A program made the translations under genes and the position numbers. Source: a virus. From it: 64,000 bases of DNA. Each line of letters starts with the position of its first letter. Within the stretch, counting starts at the first letter, position 1. The notes below the pieces were generated by a model, which saw only the letters and a program-made list of their open reading frames with translations, searched no databases and was not told the DNA's origin. Positions 55,490-64,000 of the stretch are shown here, piece after piece. The stretch is from IMG/VR virus record IMGVR_UViG_3300050026_000481, positions 1-64,000 of that record. One strand, given 5' to 3'.

Positions 55490-56998
55490 GTGACTAACAG
55501 TCCCGAAGAGCGTAAGCTATTTTCTAGGATACGTGATAGACTTAGCGGACGCGCCGAACAAAAGCGGGCGGCAGCGTCTGGCGCGAGCCAAGGCACTTTA
55601 ATTAAACTTTTTGGAAATCAAGAATCAAGTTCGATAAAACGTGATTCAGCAGCGTATCTCAAAGCGTTTAATGAACTACCGTGGTTACGAGCTTCAGTTA
55701 CCAAACTGGCAAATTCCTTAGCGGCTAATGACTGGGAAATCCTCATCGTAAAAACAGAAACAGACGATACTGGAGAAACCATAGTTGTTGAGGAAGAACC
55801 AAATTCTTTAATCCCCTTACAGTCTTTTCTCAATTCACCCAACCCAGACCTTAGCTGGTCGCAGCTTCTGTGGCTCACTGACGTCTATTTAGAGCTTGTG
55901 GGTGAGGCCTTCTGGTACTTAACTACCATAGGCGGAGAAGTTCAAGCGTATCCACTCCAACCGGACAAGGTAGTTAGGGTGCCCACATATGAAGACCCGT
56001 ACTACCATTTTGCAAGTTATAAAGGTGAACAAATTCTTAACCCTGCTGATGTTATCGCCTTTTCTCACCCTGACCCTACTAATCCTTTGATGGGGCGTGG
56101 TGTCGGACTCGCGCAATCATTATCACATGACTTGGACACCGACGACGCGGCATCACGCTACGTTTTATCTTATTTTAATAACAGCGCCCGCCCTCCACTT
56201 TTAATCTATGGAGAAGGATTAAATGCAGAAAGGGTCCGCCAAATGGAGGACGACTGGAATCAGCAATCCCAAGGCTTCTGGAATGCTGGTAAAGCCCGTT
56301 TCCTATCGCGCAAAGTAGAAATCAAAGAACTCTCACAGAAGTTCGAAGGCACCGACATCGTAAACTTACGCCAACACCAGCGCGACGTAGTGGCTAGTGT
56401 CATGGGCGTACCCCCTGAAATCCTTGGCATCCTACAAGCTTCTAACCGCGCCACGATAGACGCCGCAGACCTTTTCTTTTCACGTTACACACTAAAACCC
56501 CGCCTCGACTTTTTGCAGGAAATATTCAATCAACAGCTAGTACCCCGCTTCGATGATACGGGTACTGTTGTTATGAAATACATCAACCCCACGCAGAAGG
56601 ATAAGGAGACGATTCTAAAGGCGGCCCGCTTCATGCCTTCGGCTCTCTCAATCAACGATTGGCGCGAGCTTATGGAGTTCGACCCTCTCGACGGCGACGA
56701 CGGCGACTGTTACCTTGTACCACTCAATATGCAAATCCTCCCAAAGCTAAAGGGCGGAACTACAGAAGCAGGCCCATCACAGGCTCCGGGAACCCCACCT
56801 GGTGCAGCAGCCGAACCGAAGCCCGCCGCGGAACCAGTCCCAGCCGCTGAGCCGGCTGCCGCTGCCGCCTACGGCAATAAATCACCGTTACCACTAATCG
56901 ACTCAAACGGCGTTAAGAAAGAGCCAGAAATCGGCGAGACAGAGACTCCATTCGGCACCCTCAAAGGCCGCAAGGTAAAGCATTTTAAGGACAAGTAG
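55490..56998 (+). CDS. Portal protein (HK97 family)
   Basis: LNSPNP; LELVGEAFW; YPLQPDKV; YFNNSARP; VMGVPPEILG; YTLKP; SINDWRE. Confidence 0.92.
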   Translation: MTNSPEERKLFSRIRDRLSGRAEQKRAAASGASQGTLIKLFGNQESSSIKRDSAAYLKAFNELPWLRASVTKLANSLAANDWEILIVKTETDDTGETIVVEEEPNSLIPLQSFLNSPNPDLSWSQLLWLTDVYLELVGEAFWYLTTIGGEVQAYPLQPDKVVRVPTYEDPYYHFASYKGEQILNPADVIAFSHPDPTNPLMGRGVGLAQSLSHDLDTDDAASRYVLSYFNNSARPPLLIYGEGLNAERVRQMEDDWNQQSQGFWNAGKARFLSRKVEIKELSQKFEGTDIVNLRQHQRDVVASVMGVPPEILGILQASNRATIDAADLFFSRYTLKPRLDFLQEIFNQQLVPRFDDTGTVVMKYINPTQKDKETILKAARFMPSALSINDWRELMEFDPLDGDDGDCYLVPLNMQILPKLKGGTTEAGPSQAPGTPPGAAAEPKPAAEPVPAAEPAAAAAYGNKSPLPLIDSNGVKKEPEIGETETPFGTLKGRKVKHFKDK

Positions 56999-57001
56999 GG
57001 C

Positions 57002-57220
57002 ATGCTAAAGAAGCCCAAACTTCCCGTTCTCACTATATTTGTCCCTGAGTATTGCAGCAACTGCCGCACGCCGTACAACGAAGACAATTTTAAATTCACA
57101 CTAGTCGGTTCGGAACACCACTGTGCATGGCTTTGCAATAGCTGTTTCGTGCGGCTTCACGCGGAGGCAATGGAAAAAGAAAATGCGCTCCGTTTAGATG
57201 TGGAACTTACGAGGAGATGA
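57002..57220 (+). CDS. Zn-finger hypothetical protein
   Basis: CSNC...LCNSC. Confidence 0.45.
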   Translation: MLKKPKLPVLTIFVPEYCSNCRTPYNEDNFKFTLVGSEHHCAWLCNSCFVRLHAEAMEKENALRLDVELTRR

Positions 57221-57221
57221 A

Positions 57222-57896
57222 GTGAGCGAGAAGTTATGTACGCGTTGCCACAAGCCGCACGATGAGGATACGAAGCATTGCGCAGCGTGCAAAACGTATG
57301 AACGTGATTGGAAGCGACAGCATCCACCTTCACCTGAGAAAAAGAAAGAAAGAGAAGAATACGAAAAACAGTGGCGCAAGGATAATCCCGAAAGGGTAAA
57401 AGCACAGCGAACGGCTTGGAAAAGAAACAACCTAGAGAAGGTCAAAGAAAGTGATGCTAAGTCATACCAAAAATATAAAGAAGAAATCCAAGCACGTAGG
57501 CGCGAGTTTTATAAAACCCACCCTGACAGATATGAAGCAACCCTAAAGAAGAAAGCCGGTTACCAAAAAACCCACCCACAGGTGCAGAAAAAGGCACACA
57601 AAAAGTGGGCGAAGACACACCCAGAAACTATTATAAGACTTTCACATGAGTATCGTGCTCGCAAGATGGGGGCGGCTGGCACATTTACCATTGAAGAAAT
57701 TAAACAGCTGAGGGAGAAACAGGGCAATCGTTGCTACTATTGTGGTGATTATTTAGTTAATGTTCATATTGAACATAAGACCCCACTTATCCGTGGTGGT
57801 TCTAATGATATTTCAAATATCGCACTTTCCTGCCCGCTTTGTAATATAAGGAAGCACGATATGACAGAAGAAGAATTTTTGGTGGTGATAAGATGA
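57222..57896 (+). CDS. HNH endonuclease with Zn finger and basic helical repeats
   Basis: QGNRCYYCG..HIEHKTPL.RGGSNDISNIALSCPLCNIRK; inserted between portal and protease. Confidence 0.9.
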   Translation: MSEKLCTRCHKPHDEDTKHCAACKTYERDWKRQHPPSPEKKKEREEYEKQWRKDNPERVKAQRTAWKRNNLEKVKESDAKSYQKYKEEIQARRREFYKTHPDRYEATLKKKAGYQKTHPQVQKKAHKKWAKTHPETIIRLSHEYRARKMGAAGTFTIEEIKQLREKQGNRCYYCGDYLVNVHIEHKTPLIRGGSNDISNIALSCPLCNIRKHDMTEEEFLVVIR

Positions 57897-59965
57897 CGCT
57901 AGAAAAGGACGTTCAGCACGGCGTTCCAGTATTCAAAACCTTACGAATCAAGGATATTACCGATGCTTCAACTGAAAGCGCGATGAGACTACAATTTACA
58001 ATCTCAAACGAACAGGTTGACCGTGATGGAGATAGCATCGATGTAAAGGGCTGGACGCTAGACAATTTTACAAAGAACCCCGTAGTTTGCTGGGCTCACC
58101 AATATGATAAGTTACCTTTAGGGCGCGCATTGAAAACATGGAAAGCCGGCGATGAGCTTAAATCACTTGTTGAGTTTAGCCCAGACTTTTTATATGATGA
58201 TAATTACCACGGAATCCGTGGTTCAACGGTATTCCGTTTTTACAAGAATGGATATTTGTCAGCCGTTTCCGCGGGGTTTTATCCCCAGGAGTGGACTCCA
58301 ATGACTGGCAAAGGCGCGATGGGCACACATTTTGAGAAACAGGACCTTATTGAGTTTAGTTTTGTACCAGTACCATCAAATCCTAATGCCCTTGTACAAC
58401 GGGAAGGATTCAATCAAACTGAAATTAAAGCAATGAAAAAAGAGCTGAATCAGTGGGTGAAAACCGCTCAAGAGCTCTGTCAATGTCCAACCGAGAAAGC
58501 GTTGGGCGCAGACGATGATACTACCGGCGGGGCACTAGTGCCGCCAGGAGATAACAATGAAGGAGACGAGAAAATGAAAAAGGGAGGAATCTCTTTTAAA
58601 GAAGCTCACGCGGATGGCACCCCCCTCGCCGAACCAGACGAGAAATGGAACGCCGCGGCAGAGCGCGCCAAATGCCAGAAGGCGGCGCACCTGAAGGCTA
58701 TTCACGCCGCATTCAGCGGCGGTGACGATGCTGACAAGAACAACTACGACTTCCCGCACCACGCTGGCGGCGAACCACCTAACCCCGTTCACTTGAAGGC
58801 GGTAAAGAAGATTGCAAAGGCATTCACGCCCGCGCCGCCAGATGACGAGGACGATGGCAAAGACGAACCTGACGAGAACGAACCAGAAAAGAAACAAACC
58901 TCGGAAGGCGACGAACCTGGACTCGGCTACACTCAGAACGATAACAAAGTAATAATGGACCACATGGCGCAGCACCTCACCGAATTCAAGGAACCAATCC
59001 CGTGGGACACGTCAGTCGGCGATGAAAGCGGCTCTGATACTAAGAAGAAATCCGAGCCAGAAGAAGAAACCAAAGGTGCTATTCCTTACCACAAATATCC
59101 ACTCTCAACAAGCGGTTCATGGGACGGCCCGGCGCAGGTGGCAGCGGCTGAAGTTGACGACCTTAAGAAGATGTGCGCGTGGTTTGACAGCGAAAACCCT
59201 GAGACTAAATCCAGTTACAAACTTCCGCATCACATGGCAGACGGCTTCGCTACGGTTAAACAAGGCGTCGTCGCGGCAGGCGGTGTGATGCAGGGCGCAC
59301 GCGGTGGGGCACAAATCCCCGCAGGTGACGTTGGAGCAGTAAAGTCACACTTAGCAAAACACTACGCCGAGTTTGACATGACTGCACCTTGGGAAGCAAA
59401 GGCAGAAGCTGGCGATGACAAGACAGAGGATGAAGACGAGGAGGAAGAACCAGTGACCCCGAAGGGAGACGCTAAAAAAGCCCTTGAAGACTTAGAAGTC
59501 ACCAAAATCGGCCGCACACTCAGCAAAGCCAACGCCGACGCACTTAACGAAGCACTCGGCCACTTCTCAGAAGGTTTCGGCCAGCACGACAAAGGACTTC
59601 AGTTCCACGAAAAGGTAACCAAAGCCCACGCCAAAGCATTGGATGCGCACGAAGAGGCGATGAAATGCTACCAGAAGGGGGCGGACAAGCTGAAATCTGT
59701 ACTAAAGGCTATGGGTGACAAACCCGACGAAGGTTCTGAAGCAGAAGAGCAGGCAGAAACGCCGGAAGAAGAAGCTGAGGAACAGGGTAAACCCACTAAA
59801 GCGGTTGAACCCGAACCTGAGCCTGAATCAGACGAAGAAGTTGAAATTAACGTTAAAGAACAAGAACCGGAAGATGACGTTATCACGTTCGACCCAGAAT
59901 TATTGGTTGAAGTGGTAAAGGAAACGGTTGACGCACTTAGAAAGGAATTAGGTTTATTGAGATGA
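57893..59965 (+). CDS. Prohead maturation protease (HK97 family) with long C-terminal extension
   Basis: VDRDGD.I...GW.L.NF.KNPVV.WAH...PLG; LSAVSAGF; LIEFSFVPVPSNPNAL. Confidence 0.9.
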   Translation: MTLEKDVQHGVPVFKTLRIKDITDASTESAMRLQFTISNEQVDRDGDSIDVKGWTLDNFTKNPVVCWAHQYDKLPLGRALKTWKAGDELKSLVEFSPDFLYDDNYHGIRGSTVFRFYKNGYLSAVSAGFYPQEWTPMTGKGAMGTHFEKQDLIEFSFVPVPSNPNALVQREGFNQTEIKAMKKELNQWVKTAQELCQCPTEKALGADDDTTGGALVPPGDNNEGDEKMKKGGISFKEAHADGTPLAEPDEKWNAAAERAKCQKAAHLKAIHAAFSGGDDADKNNYDFPHHAGGEPPNPVHLKAVKKIAKAFTPAPPDDEDDGKDEPDENEPEKKQTSEGDEPGLGYTQNDNKVIMDHMAQHLTEFKEPIPWDTSVGDESGSDTKKKSEPEEETKGAIPYHKYPLSTSGSWDGPAQVAAAEVDDLKKMCAWFDSENPETKSSYKLPHHMADGFATVKQGVVAAGGVMQGARGGAQIPAGDVGAVKSHLAKHYAEFDMTAPWEAKAEAGDDKTEDEDEEEEPVTPKGDAKKALEDLEVTKIGRTLSKANADALNEALGHFSEGFGQHDKGLQFHEKVTKAHAKALDAHEEAMKCYQKGADKLKSVLKAMGDKPDEGSEAEEQAETPEEEAEEQGKPTKAVEPEPEPESDEEVEINVKEQEPEDDVITFDPELLVEVVKETVDALRKELGLLR

Positions 59966-60013
59966 GAGCGCGTCGCTTAGATACGCACTCAAAATAATTG
60001 GAGGATTAAAACT

Positions 60014-61240
60014 ATGGACGAAGCTAAAATGTCGCGGACAGAAATCTCCGCGATGATTAAAGAAATGCTTGGCCCCGAGCTGGAGTCAGTCAAGAAGGCT
60101 GCAGCGCAGCGTGACAATCTTGCGACGCGCGCACTACTCGGTGGAGAGCAACCGGAAACTAAAGCACAGAAAGGCGAAGCAGTTGCACAGTTTATTAAAG
60201 CAATTGCAATGGGTAAAGGACAGCGCAGTGAATCGTTCGACTTTGCACAGAGAGTGTATGGTGACGCGAATATCGTTACTAAGGCCCTTAGTGCAAACCA
60301 AGACACCACAGGCGGGTTCCTCGTACCTGAGGTTCTCAGTACCGAGATAATCGAGTACCTGCGTCCAGCTTCAGTAATGAGGAGCATGGGTGCACGGATT
60401 ATGCCACTGAACAACCTTCAGATGAGCATACCCAAGATTACCGGCGGGGCGACGGCTAGTTATGTTGGTGAAAATGTCAACATCTCGGCAACCCAGCAAT
60501 CCTTCGGGCAGATAACCCTCGCAGCCAAGAAACTCGCTGCACTGGTGCCAATCTCGAACGAACTGCTGCAGGTTAACACTATCGCAGCCGACCAGATTGT
60601 AAGAGAGGATTTGGTTAAGGCAATGGCAATGCGTGAAGACCTCGCATTCATACGCGGAGACGGCACGGCAAACACGCCTAAAGGACTTCTTTCTTGGGTT
60701 GATTCAGGCAACGTATTTTCGGCTAATGATACAATCTCTGCCGCATCGGCGACACACTGGAGTCTGGCAAACGTCACAACTGACCTTGCTAACTGCATGC
60801 TTCTGTTGAGAAAGGCCAACATACCGATGACGAACTGTGGCTGGATTATATCGCCCAGAACTGAATACTTCTTGATGACGATAAGGGACTCACTTGGTAA
60901 CTATGCATTCCAGCCAGAGATGGCAACCGGAAAGCTGCTCAGGTTCCCGTACGCTGTCACGACACAAATCCCGGAGAACATCTACGACTCAACGAACTCA
61001 AGTTCACTTGCAAGTGAAGTCTACTTCGTGAACTTCGATGATATGTTCATCGGCGATGCGATGCAGGTTCGAATCGACGTTAGTAACACCGCGGCATACT
61101 ACGACGGTGCAAATGTTGTTGCTACGTTCTCTGAAGACCAGACGGTTATTCGAGCGGTTAGTATGCACGACTTCGCTGCACGCTACAACAAGGCAATCGC
61201 AGTAATGAACAATGTCATGTGGGGCACGGCCTCGACATAA
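60014..61240 (+). CDS. Major capsid protein (HK97 fold)
   Basis: GGFLVPE..STEIIEYLR; IPKITGGATA.YVGE; KKLAALVPISNELL; EDLAFIRGDG..N.PKGL. Confidence 0.95.
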   Translation: MDEAKMSRTEISAMIKEMLGPELESVKKAAAQRDNLATRALLGGEQPETKAQKGEAVAQFIKAIAMGKGQRSESFDFAQRVYGDANIVTKALSANQDTTGGFLVPEVLSTEIIEYLRPASVMRSMGARIMPLNNLQMSIPKITGGATASYVGENVNISATQQSFGQITLAAKKLAALVPISNELLQVNTIAADQIVREDLVKAMAMREDLAFIRGDGTANTPKGLLSWVDSGNVFSANDTISAASATHWSLANVTTDLANCMLLLRKANIPMTNCGWIISPRTEYFLMTIRDSLGNYAFQPEMATGKLLRFPYAVTTQIPENIYDSTNSSSLASEVYFVNFDDMFIGDAMQVRIDVSNTAAYYDGANVVATFSEDQTVIRAVSMHDFAARYNKAIAVMNNVMWGTAST

Positions 61241-61279
61241 GCACGTCACGAGTTAAAACTTTTTAGGAGTGATTAAAAA

Positions 61280-61933
61280 ATGAGATATTATGATATCTCA
61301 GGCCGCGTAGCGGTATTCAACCTCGCTCACTCTGTGGCTTGCACGACGAACGATACCACTGTTCTTGCAGCAGGTTCAGCACAATCGGCAGTAGCCGATG
61401 CTATGAAATATGTTGACCGCACGGGGTACTACTCGTATATTGTTCAGGTTATCCTTCAGGATAATATGAGTGCTGGCTCTCAGACGCTCAGCCTTTCAGT
61501 ACTATTAGAAAGCAGCACACCGACAGCCGCAACCGCCGCAGGGTGGACGGCAGGTAAGAGTGCTGTTACCTCGGTGTCTTCAGCAGACGCGAATTACAAA
61601 CAGCTTTACCTCAACTCGACTGGTTCGATAACTTCTGTCTCAGATAAAAAGAACTTTATTTCGGCAGGGTTCCAGGACCAGCCATATGTGTGGACATCGT
61701 ACGGTGATATACATCTAACCCCCGTCGTGATGGACGCACGAATCTTCGGTTCGCTGCGCGATGCTAAGGTGACAGGTAAATATATTGCACCTGTGGTGAC
61801 GGTTGTAGCAACCGATGCTGGAACTCGAACCATCACGTGCGACGTTAACCTTATACTCGGCGGCGGCGACAGGATGCCTGTTTTTGAGGCAGGCACATCA
61901 GGTACAAATACATATTATTCAGATGGACAATAA
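61280..61933 (+). CDS. Capsid decoration-like protein, paralog 1
   Basis: MRYYD; VDRTGYYSYI; YKQLYLN; DARIFGSLR..VTGKYIAP; directly after the MCP. Confidence 0.55.
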   Translation: MRYYDISGRVAVFNLAHSVACTTNDTTVLAAGSAQSAVADAMKYVDRTGYYSYIVQVILQDNMSAGSQTLSLSVLLESSTPTAATAAGWTAGKSAVTSVSSADANYKQLYLNSTGSITSVSDKKNFISAGFQDQPYVWTSYGDIHLTPVVMDARIFGSLRDAKVTGKYIAPVVTVVATDAGTRTITCDVNLILGGGDRMPVFEAGTSGTNTYYSDGQ

Positions 61934-61945
61934 GGAGATAAAATT

Positions 61946-62662
61946 ATGAGATATTACGATATTGGAACCCGCGCTCAAGTGTTCAGCCTTGGACGCGATA
62001 TTCCGTGTGCAAGCACCGCGGGGCCCACAACTACGATTCTTTGCCCAGCGGCAGGCTATAACAACACTACAGGTAGCAACGTTGCAGAGACGCCAACATC
62101 AGCGGCAACGACCCTTAATTATGCAACCCGTACGGGGTACTACTCGTACATTTTGCAGGTGGTTCTCACGGGCAATGCATCAATGCTGGTTGGTGACTAT
62201 TTGACATTAGCAGTTAAAATGCAATCTTCGCCAGATTTAACATACTGGACTGACTTTACATCATACACATCGACTGATGTAGAACCCAACGCATACAAAA
62301 CACTTTACCTGAACCACACAGGTGCAACGGGTGCAACGGCATCCCAGTCATATGAGGTTCCGGTTTGTACAAGCACAAGCGACGCAGTTCCCAGCGTAGC
62401 AGGATTTGTAGCGCAGCCATATACATGGACGGCCGCAGGCTCAACGTCCGCGTCACCCGTAATCGACGCCAGAATCTTTGGCACGCTGCGAAAGAAAAAC
62501 GTGACAGGGAAGTATATAGCACCGTATATAACGGTGGCTAACTATGGCACGTCTGTTACTGCATACGCCAATGTGAACCTTATACTTGGCGCTGGCGACC
62601 AGATGCCTGTCATCGAAGGCGGCACGGCAGGCACGAGCACTTATTTCTCGAAAGGACAGTGA
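61946..62662 (+). CDS. Capsid decoration-like protein, paralog 2
   Basis: Same motifs as paralog 1. Confidence 0.55.
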   Translation: MRYYDIGTRAQVFSLGRDIPCASTAGPTTTILCPAAGYNNTTGSNVAETPTSAATTLNYATRTGYYSYILQVVLTGNASMLVGDYLTLAVKMQSSPDLTYWTDFTSYTSTDVEPNAYKTLYLNHTGATGATASQSYEVPVCTSTSDAVPSVAGFVAQPYTWTAAGSTSASPVIDARIFGTLRKKNVTGKYIAPYITVANYGTSVTAYANVNLILGAGDQMPVIEGGTAGTSTYFSKGQ

Positions 62663-62667
62663 TTTAA

Positions 62668-63369
62668 ATGAGATATTTTGACCTTTCCGGCCGCGTTCAG
62701 GTAATTAGCTTAGTTGATTCTGTAGGCGTTACGAATAGCACGCCAACAATTATCAGCCATGGTTCGGACCAGACTGCTACGGCACCTACGTACACTATGC
62801 CCTATGTTGACCGTACGGGGTACTACTCGTACATCCTGCATATTGTCGTTAAGAGTGGATTAGAAGTAGGGCATACTCTTAGCCTGTCAGCTAAAATGCA
62901 GAGCGCAACGGATGTTACGTCTGCTTCAACGTGGACGTCAACATGCGCAGACTTCACCTCGCTGCAATCAACGGCAGGGGTAAAAGATGCGTACTACAAG
63001 CAGCTTTACCTCAATACAACCGGAGCCGCGGCAGATTATGACGTTGTTGGCACGACGGCATTCCCAGCCGGATGGCGGGACCAGTGCTCAACCGTAGCAA
63101 ATGCAACGTATGGTTGCGTCTACACCGCACCCTCAAGTGCAGCGTATACCAAACCAGTTGTATTTGACGCGCGCCTTATGGGCTCACTACGCAACGCTGA
63201 AGTCATTGGTAAGTACATCGCTCCGTGGATTACGGTTGCAGATACGCACGCAACGCCCAACTCACCTAGTACCACAGTCAGCGCAAGCCTCATACTTACT
63301 GGCGACACGATGCCCGTGATAACGGGCGGCACGGCAGGCACGGACAACTACTACACAAAGGGGCAGTAA
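62668..63369 (+). CDS. Capsid decoration-like protein, paralog 3
   Basis: Same motifs as paralog 1. Confidence 0.55.
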   Translation: MRYFDLSGRVQVISLVDSVGVTNSTPTIISHGSDQTATAPTYTMPYVDRTGYYSYILHIVVKSGLEVGHTLSLSAKMQSATDVTSASTWTSTCADFTSLQSTAGVKDAYYKQLYLNTTGAAADYDVVGTTAFPAGWRDQCSTVANATYGCVYTAPSSAAYTKPVVFDARLMGSLRNAEVIGKYIAPWITVADTHATPNSPSTTVSASLILTGDTMPVITGGTAGTDNYYTKGQ

Positions 63370-63379
63370 GCCAATCCAA

Positions 63380-63571
63380 ATGAAAACGGTAGAATTTCTC
63401 GACCAAAACCCACCATATCGAATCGGTGACATAGCGGGATTTGAGGATGAAATTGCTAAGAGGTTAGTAGAAGGCGGAAAAGCCAAATACTTCAAACCAG
63501 AAAAAGCAAAAAACCTCGACTCGCCCCCCGAGGACAAAATGGTTCGGAGCGGCGAGATAAAAAAGAAATGA
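63380..63571 (+). CDS. Small head-associated protein
   Basis: PYRIGDIAGFEDEIAKRLVEGGKA...PPEDKMV pattern seen in small genes after MCPs. Confidence 0.6.
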   Translation: MKTVEFLDQNPPYRIGDIAGFEDEIAKRLVEGGKAKYFKPEKAKNLDSPPEDKMVRSGEIKKK

Positions 63572-63623
63572 GCGTCTTCAAGGCGCTCACCACCCTTTTT
63601 CATTTAACACGGAGGGGAATCAA

Positions 63624-64000
63624 GTGACAAATATTCCTATTAGTGCTGATTTTGGAGGCAACCTGTGTGCTCCCCTTTTGAATAGAGTAGCCACTGAAGA
63701 TATCCAAGACGGTGCGGTCACCCCGCAAAAGCTTTATGCAGGCGGAACTGAGACTACGTACATCTGGGTATCCGCGGCAGACGGCAACGATACTACAGGC
63801 ACAGGTTCAGTTACCGCACCATATGCCACGATAACCAAAGCGTTTTCGGTGGTAACAGCGGCGCGCAATACTATTTACGTTTTACCTGGTACATATACAG
63901 AAGCATCGATTTTGACATGGCCAAACGTCAATAATGTACAATTAATCGGACTTGACTGGGGTGGCAACGTTACCATCACCGCGCCCGCTGACGGCGGTGC
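63624..64000 (+). CDS. 3'-truncated virion protein with DUF1565/pectin-lyase-like beta-helix start
   Basis: GGAGG RBS plus GTG; IWVSAADGND..GTGS..APYATITKA...TIYVLPGTY.E; open to the window end. Confidence 0.7.
   Translation, partial: MTNIPISADFGGNLCAPLLNRVATEDIQDGAVTPQKLYAGGTETTYIWVSAADGNDTTGTGSVTAPYATITKAFSVVTAARNTIYVLPGTYTEASILTWPNVNNVQLIGLDWGGNVTITAPADGG

Noticed and set aside
22580-57896. IscB/TnpB (OMEGA) identity for the HNH genes
   Set aside because: No PLMP motif, split RuvC motifs or IS200/605 ends were recognised.
1-64000. CRISPR or TIGR-like guide arrays
   Set aside because: No regularly spaced repeat-spacer array was seen in any intergenic region, and no Cas or Nop-domain protein was recognised.

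Overview
The window is most of the genome of a tailed dsDNA virus (Caudoviricetes; HK97-fold capsid, siphovirus-type tail), read circularly permuted. The order is tail module (1-19 kb), membrane/lysis-like cassette (19-21 kb), an early/accessory region of small Zn-finger and RHH/HTH genes with ParB, SSB-like, PAPS-reductase-like and PD-(D/E)XK nuclease genes (21-36 kb), dispersed packaging genes (TerS-like, split TerL, MuF; 36-49 kb), more accessory genes, then portal, protease, MCP and three paralogous decoration-like genes (55-64 kb). BRE/TATA-type promoters about 25-30 nt before start codons, GGAGGTGA-type RBSs, oligo-T terminators and archaeal-type small regulators point to an archaeal host; this is inference, not database-checked. 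The most notable items are: (i) a papain-family protease and a glycosidase-like protein sharing a near-identical lectin-like beta-propeller tail (candidate archaeal lysis pair); (ii) three thioredoxin/glutaredoxin CxxC modules, one nested in a 1350-aa distal tail protein; (iii) about ten HNH-superfamily nucleases built from a shuffled Zn-finger repeat; (iv) a terminase split into two genes around a structured non-coding element and a double-domain nuclease; (v) a proteasome-beta-like Ntn hydrolase plus peptide operon; (vi) a recurrent 14-bp TTAACCAGTGTCAA site near promoters. No integrase, DNA polymerase, primase/helicase, tRNA, rRNA, CRISPR array or reverse transcriptase was recognised. All family calls come from motif recognition by eye.
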